From: Blastocatellia bacterium
Lineage (GTDB): Bacteria; Acidobacteriota; Blastocatellia; UBA7656
Assembly: GCA_963765495.1 (NCBI GenBank)
Contig: CAVXWP010000013.1
Span: 1-64,000, forward strand
Length of the DNA stretch: 64,000 bases
Direction: 5' to 3'
Under the pieces are notes generated by a model. The model was not told the DNA's origin, made no database searches, and saw nothing but the letters and a program-made list of their open reading frames with translations. Below, piece after piece: positions 1 to 8,586 of this stretch. How positions within the stretch are numbered: the first letter of the stretch is position 1; every line of letters starts with the position of its first letter. A program made the position numbers and the translations under genes.

Positions 1-248
1 AAAAGCCTTTAACCTCCCGGCTCGCAAGCCATCACAGATAGCTCCAGCCCACTTCGCAGAACCTTTAAGCCTACCACAGGTCAGCGACGAGGTTCAAAGA
101 AGAGTTTTTTACAGGTAAATTTGAATGAAAGGCAAGTGAGAACAGGCCGGGACAGGCGCGGGCCACATTGACTTTAACAACGCTTTGAATAAGATAAGTG
201 ACATCGTGGCATAACTTTTTAATGAAAATCCAATTGAAAGGATGAATT

Positions 249-1505
249 ATGTCTGTTCAGGACAGGAATATGCGACCCCGTTTCATAATGTTTTTAATCG
301 TAGCCGTGATGGCTTTGAGCAATCTTCCCGGTTATTCAAATGCACGGGCATCCGGCGCGCAAAAACCCGAAAGCGATTTTGCGCTCAAAGACGGCGACCG
401 CGTGGTTTTCTACGGCGACAGCATTACCGAACAACGACTCTATACGACCTATGTCGAGCATTATGTGCTTACTCATTACCCGAAGCGCCGCGTGACTTTT
501 ATCAACACGGGATGGGGCGGCGATAAAGTGACCAGCAATGATTGCGAGCCCTGCGCAGGCGTAGGCGGGCTTGCGCGGATAAAACACGACGTAATAGATT
601 ACCACCCGACCGTCGTCACGCTTCTGTTTGGAATGAACGACGGGCAGTACAAGGATTTCGATCCGGCCATAATGAAGGTCTATGAAGACGGGCTTTCGGC
701 GATAATCCGCGAACTCAAATCCAAAACCAGCGCACGCATCTATGTGATGACGCCGACCGTTTATGACGGCACTCGCCATACTCCGTGGTCTCATACCGAC
801 CGCTATAACGATGTGCTGGACCGCTATAGCGAAGTCGCCACTCAGATCGCCCGACGCGAAGAGTTGCCTGTGATTGATTTGCACACGGCTACTGCTGAGG
901 CGCTCGCGCAGGCAAAAAAACAGGACCCCGATTACACGTTCCTGCCCGACGGCGTTCACCCGGCAGAAGACGGCCAGTTACTCATGGCCGCAGAAATCCT
1001 TCACGCCTGGGGAGCGCACGCCTCGCCGACCGAGTTGAGCAGGGAGGCAAATTTCGGCGCGAGCAAGACCGTCAGCCTGATGGTCAGTGCTCCGCTTCCC
1101 TGGCCTTCGCCTCTGCCTTCCGAGAGGATGCGCGGGGTCCGGTCCGAAATAATGGATTTAGGCCGCGTGAGCCTGCGCATCCCCGGATTGCCCGAAGGCA
1201 GTTACAGCCTGAGCGTAGACGGGGGGAACGCGACTACCTACACTTCCGATCAACTCCGCGACGGGATAGATTTGGGTGGTTTATCCGACAGTGCGGCTAA
1301 GGAATCAAGTGCGCTTGCGGCGCTCATAAGAAAACGAGCCGATTTTTTCATGACTCGATGGCGACAGATCGAATTGCCTTACTCTGATTACAAGAGCACG
1401 CCAGCCGTCGTATCGGCGTACGACTCTCTGATCGCGGAGATGACCGCACGCGCGCGTACTATGGCCGGGCCGCATAAATACAATGTCGTGATCACTCAAA
1501 ATTGA
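249..1505 (+). CDS. Secreted SGNH/GDSL hydrolase (esterase/acylhydrolase)
   Basis: N-terminal signal-like segment; GDSIT, GxND (FGMND) and DGVHP catalytic blocks. The start could be a few codons downstream. Confidence 0.85.
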   Translation: MSVQDRNMRPRFIMFLIVAVMALSNLPGYSNARASGAQKPESDFALKDGDRVVFYGDSITEQRLYTTYVEHYVLTHYPKRRVTFINTGWGGDKVTSNDCEPCAGVGGLARIKHDVIDYHPTVVTLLFGMNDGQYKDFDPAIMKVYEDGLSAIIRELKSKTSARIYVMTPTVYDGTRHTPWSHTDRYNDVLDRYSEVATQIARREELPVIDLHTATAEALAQAKKQDPDYTFLPDGVHPAEDGQLLMAAEILHAWGAHASPTELSREANFGASKTVSLMVSAPLPWPSPLPSERMRGVRSEIMDLGRVSLRIPGLPEGSYSLSVDGGNATTYTSDQLRDGIDLGGLSDSAAKESSALAALIRKRADFFMTRWRQIELPYSDYKSTPAVVSAYDSLIAEMTARARTMAGPHKYNVVITQN

Positions 1506-1538
1506 GACCCGAACACTGAAGCGGATCGCATCGAAATC

Positions 1539-1591
1539 GGGTCACGAGTTATCACAAATAAACGCAAACAATTTGTGATAACTCGTGGCCC
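1539..1591. terminator. Long hairpin between convergent genes (bidirectional terminator or REP-like element)
   Basis: CACGAGTTATCACAAAT ... ATTTGTGATAACTCGTG is a perfect 17-bp inverted repeat. Confidence 0.6.
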
Positions 1592-1606
1592 TTTTATCGG
1601 CTCCGA

Positions 1607-2881
1607 TCAGCTCAATTCGGTCTGTCCGGGTATCGCCACAGGAGGCACGCTCATCGGACCCCACTCAAGCTTTTCGGGCATCAATCGCTCTTTGGAGTTT
1701 AGCGCCTTTTCCCACGTCACCTGCTTACCCGTATATGTGGACATCCGGCCCATGATAGCGGTCAGCGTGCTTTCGGCCACGTTCTTCAATTCGTTTATCG
1801 GCTGACCGGCTCGAATGCTTGCTATCAGGTCAGCGTGCTCCTGAACGTATGGGTTGTTATCTTCACCCCGGAAGCGCCAGCCCTTCTCGCCCGTGATCGT
1901 GTAGCGGTTGACCTGGCAACTCCCCTTTGTGCCCGCGAGCGCCTCCGAGACGTTGTTATCGGCTCCGACTATCTGGCGGCACATGCTCATCAGGTGCATT
2001 CCGTTCTCGTACTCATAATCGACGGCGAAGTGATCGAAGATGTGGCCATAGGCCGGGTCGGTGCGCGATTGTCTGCCTCCAAGACCGAGCGCGCTCACGG
2101 GATGAGCGCCCATCGCCCAGTTGACCACGTCGAGATTGTGAACGTGCTGCTCTGTGATGTGATCGCCCGAAAGCCACGTGAAGTAGAGCCAGTTGCGCAT
2201 CTGCCATTCAAGATCGCTCCAACCGGGCTGCCGGTCTTTCTTCCACAGTCCTCCCTGATTCCAGTAACAGCGAGCCGCCACGATGTCGCCTATCTGGCCA
2301 TCGTGTATAAGCTTCATCGTCTCGAGGTAGCCGGTCTGGTGGCGGCGCTGAGTGCCCGCGCCGATTGCCAGGTTTTTCGCTTTCGCTCGCTCGTATACTT
2401 CAAGCACCGCGCGAATCCCGGGTCCGTCCACTGCCACGGGTTTTTCGGTGAAGATGTTTTTGCCCGCTTCTACTGCGGCCTTGAGGTGTATAGGGCGAAA
2501 GCCGGGCGGCGTGGCCAGTATGATGTAATTCGCATCGCTTGCAAGCACTTTTTCAAAGGCGTCAAACCCCGTATAGCGGCGGTCTTCGGGTACATCAACT
2601 TTGTCCTGATATTTCTTGACGAGATTTTCGCGGCTCTCTTCGAGACGGTCTTTGAAGACATCGCCCATTGCTACAATCTTAACGCCCTCGGAAGATTCGA
2701 GCGCGTTATCGGCAGCGCCTGTGCCTCGCCCGCCGCAGCCGATCAAGCCGATCTTGATCACATCGCTGCCCTCGGCATAAGCCCCCGGTATGAAATTCAT
2801 ATGAGCCGCGATTGTGCCGCCGAGGGCGGCTGCGGTCGTGGTCTTTAGAAAATCGCGTCGCGAAGGTAAAGGTTTTTGCAT
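1607..2881 (-). CDS. Tat-exported Gfo/Idh/MocA family oxidoreductase
   Basis: SRRDFLK Tat motif, GLIGCGGRG Rossmann motif, EKP motif. Start moved to ATG 2881 (GAGGAG RBS); the longer ORF translates a repeat. Confidence 0.9.
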   Translation of the reverse strand: MQKPLPSRRDFLKTTTAAALGGTIAAHMNFIPGAYAEGSDVIKIGLIGCGGRGTGAADNALESSEGVKIVAMGDVFKDRLEESRENLVKKYQDKVDVPEDRRYTGFDAFEKVLASDANYIILATPPGFRPIHLKAAVEAGKNIFTEKPVAVDGPGIRAVLEVYERAKAKNLAIGAGTQRRHQTGYLETMKLIHDGQIGDIVAARCYWNQGGLWKKDRQPGWSDLEWQMRNWLYFTWLSGDHITEQHVHNLDVVNWAMGAHPVSALGLGGRQSRTDPAYGHIFDHFAVDYEYENGMHLMSMCRQIVGADNNVSEALAGTKGSCQVNRYTITGEKGWRFRGEDNNPYVQEHADLIASIRAGQPINELKNVAESTLTAIMGRMSTYTGKQVTWEKALNSKERLMPEKLEWGPMSVPPVAIPGQTELS

Positions 2882-2916
2882 ATCAAGGCTCCTCTCAGAT
2901 TTAAGAAATAGCGATC

Positions 2917-3011
2917 TGATGCGTGATGCGTGATGCGTAATTCGTAACTTTGAGGTATGCCGCAGATGCAAGACGACTTGCGAAACTTGTAAATCACGCA
3001 TCACGCATCAC
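2917..3011. repeat. Inverted tandem heptamer element (TGATGCG)n ... (CGCATCA)n
   Basis: Three TGATGCG units at 2917-2937, a ~50 bp spacer, and the complementary arm at 2992-3011. Confidence 0.9.
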
Positions 3012-3012
3012 T

Positions 3013-4026
3013 CTAATCAGGGCTTTGCCGGGTCACTTTTGATCTTACTCCCTTCAGATTCTCTTGCTCTTCCACGGGGCGGACTACGCGAAAACCTACC
3101 GTGATCGCCTCCGTGTGCCACCAGATGCTCTGCGGGCGTTGCGGGTCCCTGCGGCTCCATTCCTTTCTGGAGCCGCGCCGCGCCGCGCTGCGAAGTAGCG
3201 GGGCTTCATCATCCCACGACCCGCCTCGAACCACATCCGGGTATCTGCTTTCACCGGGAATCAAGACCGGAGAGACCGTGGCTGCGCTCGCTTTCAAACT
3301 GCTGTAAAAATCCTTGTCGTATCGGTCCAGACACCACTCGGCCACGTTGCCGTGCATGTCATACAGCCCCCGGGCGTTTGGTTTCTTTCTGCCAACCGCG
3401 TGAGGCTGACCGTCAGAGTTATCGAGATACCACGCGTATTCGCCGATTTTTTTCGAATCGGTGAACGAATAAGCCGACTCCGACCCGGCGCGGCAGGCAT
3501 ATTCCCATTCGGCCTCGGTAGGCAGGCGATAAAGCTTGCCAGTCTTTGCCGAGAGCCACCGGCAGTATTCCATCGCCGCGTGATGCGTCATGCTGATCGC
3601 GGGCTGGCGGCCCTTGCCGTATCCGAACGACTCGTCGGCATAAGGCGGCGTTGGGCGCGTCAAAGCATCAAACTTATTGTCGCTCTCGGTTTCATCTGAT
3701 GGCTGCTTGCGATCTTTCTTCAAATTCTGAGAGAAGGCGAACTGGTCGTATTCATCCCACGTCACTTCGGTCGCCTCCATCCAGAAGGGATGAATGACAA
3801 CTTCGTGCTGTGGCCCCTCATCGCCTGAACGGCCCGCTTCCTCTTTTGGGCTTCCCATCAAAAACCTGCCGCCCGGTACGGGGACCATCTGGAAAGCGAT
3901 GTCTGTGCCGGGAATCGTCTCCGTATAAGGTTTCATCTCGGCCCTTTGAGTGGCCGGTTCAAATGCCGGCGGCACGAGAAACAAAAACAGACACCCGACA
4001 AGTAACAGACCTGATCGCTTCATCAA
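3013..4026 (-). CDS. Secreted formylglycine-generating-enzyme (FGE/SUMF1)-like protein
   Basis: F.MGS, RLPTEAEWEYACR, GLYDMHGNVAEW, RGGSW and GFR motifs; signal peptide; ATG at 4023. Confidence 0.9.
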   Translation of the reverse strand: MMKRSGLLLVGCLFLFLVPPAFEPATQRAEMKPYTETIPGTDIAFQMVPVPGGRFLMGSPKEEAGRSGDEGPQHEVVIHPFWMEATEVTWDEYDQFAFSQNLKKDRKQPSDETESDNKFDALTRPTPPYADESFGYGKGRQPAISMTHHAAMEYCRWLSAKTGKLYRLPTEAEWEYACRAGSESAYSFTDSKKIGEYAWYLDNSDGQPHAVGRKKPNARGLYDMHGNVAEWCLDRYDKDFYSSLKASAATVSPVLIPGESRYPDVVRGGSWDDEAPLLRSAARRGSRKEWSRRDPQRPQSIWWHTEAITVGFRVVRPVEEQENLKGVRSKVTRQSPD

Positions 4027-4080
4027 CCTGACCTCAAGAACCTGATCTCAAGAACCTCACCTCAAGAACCTGACCCCAAG
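4025..4080. repeat. Four tandem 14-bp repeats (AACCTGACCTCAAG-like) in a divergent intergenic region
   Basis: Units at 4025, 4039, 4053 and 4067, each with at most one mismatch. Confidence 0.9.
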
Positions 4081-4136
4081 CGGCGCTCATTTATCAATCA
4101 TGGTAGGATTGCGCATCGGCTCTTATTTCTACCCTT

Positions 4137-5198
4137 GTGAGGATTGCAATGCTCCGGGCGCGATGCCAAACCTTAGCATGTTTTCTTGTGCTGATAGCTG
4201 CCGCTCGCGGTTTTGCCGACGAGCCCCGGTTGCCGCGTTTCGAGTACTGGCAGACGCACATGGGCACGCGGTTCAAAATCATCCTGTATACGAGTAACGC
4301 TCGACGGGCCGCTCGCGCATCCCTGGCGGCATTCCAGCGCATAGCGAGGCTCGATGCTACCATGAGTGATTATCGAGAGACCAGCGAATTGAATCGCCTC
4401 TCGCAGCAATCCGGCAGAGGCTTCATTAAAGTAAGCGATGATCTGCTGCGAGTGCTCGTAAAATCCGAAGAGATTGCCCGCCGTACCGACGGCGCTTTCG
4501 ACATCACGATTGGCCCGATCATTCGACTCTGGCGGCACGCGCGCCGCGCAGGCGTATTGCCTGATGCCCGCCTGCTCGCCCTCGCCCTCACCTTGACCGG
4601 ACACGATAAACTGCACATAGACCGAAAGGCCCGCGCCGTGAGGCTTGATAAACCCGGAATGCTCCTGGATCTCGGCGGCATCGCTAAAGGATTCGCCGCC
4701 GATGAAGCTCTGTCGGTGCTGAAACGTTACGGCATTTCAAGCGCGCTCGTCGTCGCGGGCGGAGACATCCGAGCAGGCGGCGCTCCGCCCGGCGCTCGCG
4801 GGTGGAAGATCGCCGTAGCCGCACCCGGCGCGCTCGCAAATCGAACCGAGCAGTACCTGATGTTAAAGGATGCGGCCGTCTCTACGTCAGGAGACGCCGA
4901 GCAATTCGTAGAGATCGCAGGCACCCGCTATTCGCATATCGTTGATCCGAAGACAGGCGTAGGCATCAAGGGTCAGACGAGCGTCACGGTCGTGGCCGCC
5001 GACTGCACAACATCGGACAGCCTCGCTACGTCCGCAAGCGTGCTCGGTCCAGAAAAAGGATTGGAGTTGATTGAATCCACAAAAGGCGCGGCTGCGCTTT
5101 TCATACAGGCTGACGAAAAAGATTTTCGCGCCTTTGAATCTACGGGCTGGAAACAATTTCTAAGTTTTATTCTGAGCGAACATTTATCTGAAATTTGA
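4137..5198 (+). CDS. apbE: FAD:protein FMN transferase (ApbE family)
   Basis: MGT, GAFDITIGP, DLGGIAKG, STSGD and YSHIVDPKTG motifs. Exact start uncertain. Confidence 0.9.
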   Translation: MRIAMLRARCQTLACFLVLIAAARGFADEPRLPRFEYWQTHMGTRFKIILYTSNARRAARASLAAFQRIARLDATMSDYRETSELNRLSQQSGRGFIKVSDDLLRVLVKSEEIARRTDGAFDITIGPIIRLWRHARRAGVLPDARLLALALTLTGHDKLHIDRKARAVRLDKPGMLLDLGGIAKGFAADEALSVLKRYGISSALVVAGGDIRAGGAPPGARGWKIAVAAPGALANRTEQYLMLKDAAVSTSGDAEQFVEIAGTRYSHIVDPKTGVGIKGQTSVTVVAADCTTSDSLATSASVLGPEKGLELIESTKGAAALFIQADEKDFRAFESTGWKQFLSFILSEHLSEI

Positions 5199-5215
5199 GA
5201 TTTGAAATCTCAGAT
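5186..5215. repeat. Short palindromic heptamer array (ATTTGAR) overlapping the apbE stop
   Basis: ATCTGAA ATTTGAG ATTTGAA ATCTCAG AT. Confidence 0.6.
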
Positions 5216-5279
5216 GAACGGGTGTGAATAAAATTGGTAAAAGAAATTAGTCTCTCGCCTGCTCGGGCTTTGCGCGCGC

Positions 5280-6257
5280 TTACTTGAGACCCGCGACCGT
5301 CAGGCGAATCCGGTACAACCCGGTTCTCGCCGTGATGTAAAGCGTCTTGAAATCCGGGTCGCCAAAACCGCAGTTGGCCGGCACCTCGGGAGTTACGATG
5401 ACGCCGAGCGTTTTCCCCTTCGAGTCGAACACCCACACGCCGCCCGGCCCGGTCACATAGAGATTGCCCTGTTTGTCTACGGCCATGCCGTCCGGCCCGC
5501 CTTCCACGCCTTCGGCCCACGGGCGCAACTGGGCAAACACCCGGTCGTTTGTAAGGCTGCCATCCGGCTTCACATCGAAAGCTCGAACGTGCATGCGGTT
5601 TGTGTCGTCAACGTAGAGCGTCTTGTGATCGGGCGAGAAGGCTATCCCGTTCGGGCGGTCGAAATCTTTTACAAGCAGAGTGAGTTCTCCGGTAGGAGCA
5701 AGCCTGTAGACGCCGTTGAAATCAAGCTCCTTGCCTTCTTTTTCGTTTGGAAGACCATAGGGCGGGTCGGTGAAATAGATCGCTCCCTTCGTGTCAAAGG
5801 CCATATCGTTCGGGCTGTTGAGCCGCTTGCCTTCAAACTTGTCGGCGAGCGTGACGATCTTTCCATCCCGCATCGTGCGAGTGACGCGCCGCGTCCCGTG
5901 CTCGCAGGCAATCAATAGCCCCTGTCTGTCAAAGCCCAGACCGTTGGCGTTATTGCTCGTCTCGCGAAAGATCGAAATCTTCTGCTTCGCGTCCAGCCGC
6001 ATGATGTGATTGCGCGGTATATCGGTGAAGAGAAGAGAGCCGTCAGACTTCCAGGCCGGGCCTTCGACAAAGCCGAAGTCGCTCGCGACCTTTTCCACCG
6101 TCGCGTTTGCGGCAATCAGCTTTTTCAATTCTGGCGAAGAAGGCGGCTCGCCCGATTTCACCTGCGACTGCGCAAGGACCGCGACCGTGCCAATGGTTAT
6201 GAGTAGCAGGGAAAAGACTACTCCTGGCAGTTTTGAGCAAGTGCCGTGTTGAATCAT
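5280..6257 (-). CDS. Secreted SMP-30/gluconolactonase family protein
   Basis: EGP.W, NSPND, FTDPPYG, PNGIAFSPD and PDGMAVD motifs. Start moved to ATG 6257. Confidence 0.9.
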   Translation of the reverse strand: MIQHGTCSKLPGVVFSLLLITIGTVAVLAQSQVKSGEPPSSPELKKLIAANATVEKVASDFGFVEGPAWKSDGSLLFTDIPRNHIMRLDAKQKISIFRETSNNANGLGFDRQGLLIACEHGTRRVTRTMRDGKIVTLADKFEGKRLNSPNDMAFDTKGAIYFTDPPYGLPNEKEGKELDFNGVYRLAPTGELTLLVKDFDRPNGIAFSPDHKTLYVDDTNRMHVRAFDVKPDGSLTNDRVFAQLRPWAEGVEGGPDGMAVDKQGNLYVTGPGGVWVFDSKGKTLGVIVTPEVPANCGFGDPDFKTLYITARTGLYRIRLTVAGLK

Positions 6258-6312
6258 AGGACGCAGATTAGCAGTTGGCCCGATCTGCCGACAAGCCCCG
6301 GAAAGGAATGAT

Positions 6313-6344
6313 TTGAGATTTGAGATTTCAATCTCAAATCTCAA
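6313..6344. repeat. Inverted heptamer element (TTGAGAT)n/(ATCTCAA)n
   Basis: TTGAGATTTGAGATT tc AATCTCAAATCTCAA is a perfect inverted repeat. Confidence 0.85.
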
Positions 6345-6392
6345 CTGCGTGACCGACTTTTCTTCCCACCCGTTCATTTTCCATCCGGCTGA

Positions 6393-8414
6393 TCATTTCT
6401 TATCCGCAGTCTTTACGTTCAGCCTGTAGCCGGCCGATAGCTTCCTGTTGTTTGCGCCCGCCTTCACCTGAATCGGCACATTTAGCACGACTTCTTTGAA
6501 ATAGCACAGGCTCTCCTTGTCCGACTCGCAATAATAGACTACGTAATCCACCTTGACCGTTGTCTCTCCTTCCTTGACCGTGAGAGGAACGGAAAGCGGA
6601 AACTTCGGATTGCGAATAGTCTGCTGGGCGCTGTCCTTGAGCGCGACGGCAGACTCTTGCGGCAGCGCAAAGGCGACCACGGACGGGGCAAGCGAATTCA
6701 GCTTATACCCGGAGGGCAGATCGAGCGACAAAGTTATTACGCTCTCGCCCGGCGCAACCGTCTGTTGAGGGAGTTCTATCATTTCGCCCGCGAACTCTCT
6801 GCTCTTTGCGCGAGGCCGCAGCATTTCAAGCCCCTTGATCTGAAGCGTCTCGACCTTCTTTGTCTTCAGATCGGCCACGCGAATCGCGTGATTGTTTGTG
6901 TCGGCGATGTAGAGTTTCCCGAAAGCCACGCTCACACCGCCCGGCTCGTCAAACGTAGCGCGGCTGCCATCCTCAAGCCCCTCTTTGCCCGTTCCGACAA
7001 AGGTCTTTGAAGTCTTTTCCTTTGGAGAGACTATCTTGATCTTGTTGTTGTAGGTGTCGGCGACATAGAGCGCGCCGTCGTGGTAGACGACTCCGAGCGG
7101 GTGCTGCAATCTGACCTCCGAGCCGCGCCCGTCGCGGTCGCCGTATTCGAAAAGGTCTTCGCCTACGATTGTCTCTACCGCGCCGTCCGCTTTCAAATCG
7201 GCGGAGCGGATAGAGCTCACTTCGCTGTCTGCGAAATAGAGTTTCTCTCCATCGGTAGTCAGGCCGGAGGGTTGCGCGAGCGCGGCCTCATCGAGCGGCC
7301 CGTCTATTCTCGCCTCGCGGCCCGTGCCCGCGTAAGGCTCCACGCCGCCCGTCTTCGGATTCATTCGCCACAATTGATGCGGCCCGGCCATCGCTATGTA
7401 GAGCAGTCCGTCGTGAAGCGCGAGGTCCCACGGCGAATTGAGCGCAACCTGACGGCCTACGCCGCCGATCTGATCTATCCGCATCGCCTGCTCGCCTGTG
7501 CCCGCGATGGTCGTGACGGTTCGTTTTTCAAAGTCAACGCTGCGAATGGCGTGGTTTTCAGTGTCGGCCACATAGAGGATCTTGCCGTCGAAAGCCATGC
7601 CCTGCGGGTGATTAAACGTAGCCTCATCAAAGCCGCCATCCTTCATCCCGATTTCGCTGCTTCCGATCACTTCTTTGACCGATGAGTCCGAGAGCGATAC
7701 GACGACTATGCGATTGTGATTTGAATCCGCGATAAACAACTGATTCGATTTCTCATCGGCCAGCACCTTGCCGGGGAAGGCGAGAAGCGAGCGCGGGGCC
7801 GTCTGTTTTTCCAGCTTCAGGTTTAGCGGGCGACGATCCAGTTGTCCTTTCGCATCAAAGGTCTTGATCAATTCCGAGATAACATTATCCAGCCTGTTGT
7901 AGTTGCCTTCGCCCGACACATATCCCACGACTTTGCCCGCCGGGTCTATGATCATCAGCGTAGGCCACGCGTGCACGCTGTATTGCTGCCAGATTTCCAT
8001 AGCGTAATCGTTGACGACCGGATGCTCGATCTCGTATCGCAATATCGCCTGACGGATGTTTTCCGTGTCGCGCTCGCCCGTGAATTTGGCCGAATGCACG
8101 CCGATGACTACAAGCTCGTTCGGGTATTTCTTTTCGAGCTTTTTCAGATCGGGGATGATGTGCATGCAGTTTATACAGCAGTAGGTCCAGAAATCGAGCA
8201 ACACGACCTTGCCCCTGACCTCGCGCAGGCTGATCGGATGATCCGTATTGAGCCACTCCATTCCTTCCGGGAAATCGGGGGCGTTGACTTTGCCTTCAAA
8301 TTCCGGCATATCGGCTGACTCCTTTTGAAAAGCCGCGCCTGCTCGGGGCGTATAACTCCACGCGGAAACGGTACCAGCAAACAACAATAAGATTACAAGC
8401 AGCGACATTTTCAT
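6393..8414 (-). CDS. Thioredoxin-like + NHL-repeat protein (NHLRC2/SOQ1-like), probably secreted
   Basis: DFWTYCCINC motif, several NHL repeats, signal peptide; start at ATG 8414 after GAGG. Confidence 0.9.
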   Translation of the reverse strand: MKMSLLVILLLFAGTVSAWSYTPRAGAAFQKESADMPEFEGKVNAPDFPEGMEWLNTDHPISLREVRGKVVLLDFWTYCCINCMHIIPDLKKLEKKYPNELVVIGVHSAKFTGERDTENIRQAILRYEIEHPVVNDYAMEIWQQYSVHAWPTLMIIDPAGKVVGYVSGEGNYNRLDNVISELIKTFDAKGQLDRRPLNLKLEKQTAPRSLLAFPGKVLADEKSNQLFIADSNHNRIVVVSLSDSSVKEVIGSSEIGMKDGGFDEATFNHPQGMAFDGKILYVADTENHAIRSVDFEKRTVTTIAGTGEQAMRIDQIGGVGRQVALNSPWDLALHDGLLYIAMAGPHQLWRMNPKTGGVEPYAGTGREARIDGPLDEAALAQPSGLTTDGEKLYFADSEVSSIRSADLKADGAVETIVGEDLFEYGDRDGRGSEVRLQHPLGVVYHDGALYVADTYNNKIKIVSPKEKTSKTFVGTGKEGLEDGSRATFDEPGGVSVAFGKLYIADTNNHAIRVADLKTKKVETLQIKGLEMLRPRAKSREFAGEMIELPQQTVAPGESVITLSLDLPSGYKLNSLAPSVVAFALPQESAVALKDSAQQTIRNPKFPLSVPLTVKEGETTVKVDYVVYYCESDKESLCYFKEVVLNVPIQVKAGANNRKLSAGYRLNVKTADKK

Positions 8415-8445
8415 AATAGATTTACCTCTCATTGTATGAGTTCGG

Positions 8446-8514
8446 AATTTGCCACAAAGACACAGAGACTCTTTATAATCTTTTCTCTGTGTCTCTGTGT
8501 CTTTGTGGCAAATT
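8446..8514. repeat. Nonamer-based REP-like palindrome (CACAGAGA family)
   Basis: AATTTGCCACAAAGACACAGAGAC and its exact reverse complement at 8491-8514. Confidence 0.9.
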
Positions 8515-8586
8515 TTCTCCCCTTTTAATTGAGCGATTATGATTGAGTATAACAGATTGCATACGCGATGGTTTTTGCGTGCGGTT

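Noticed and set aside
1-240. Possible ncRNA or gene fragment at the window start
   Set aside because: No recognisable structure or coding signal without upstream context.
1835-2848. Long antisense ORFs (also 8899-9786, 26538-27737, 29011-30045, 35520-36719, 43547-44488)
   Set aside because: They are shadows of well-supported genes on the opposite strand and carry no recognisable motifs.
2882-3004. N-terminal extensions in the ORF track (also 6258-6377, 18815-18919, 27995-28054, 55127-55237)
   Set aside because: They translate repeats, promoters or a pseudogene on the other strand; better starts with RBS or signal peptides lie downstream.
4025-4080. CRISPR-like array
   Set aside because: Units are 14 bp and directly abutting, with no spacers and no cas genes. 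The other repeats in the window are also too short and unspaced.
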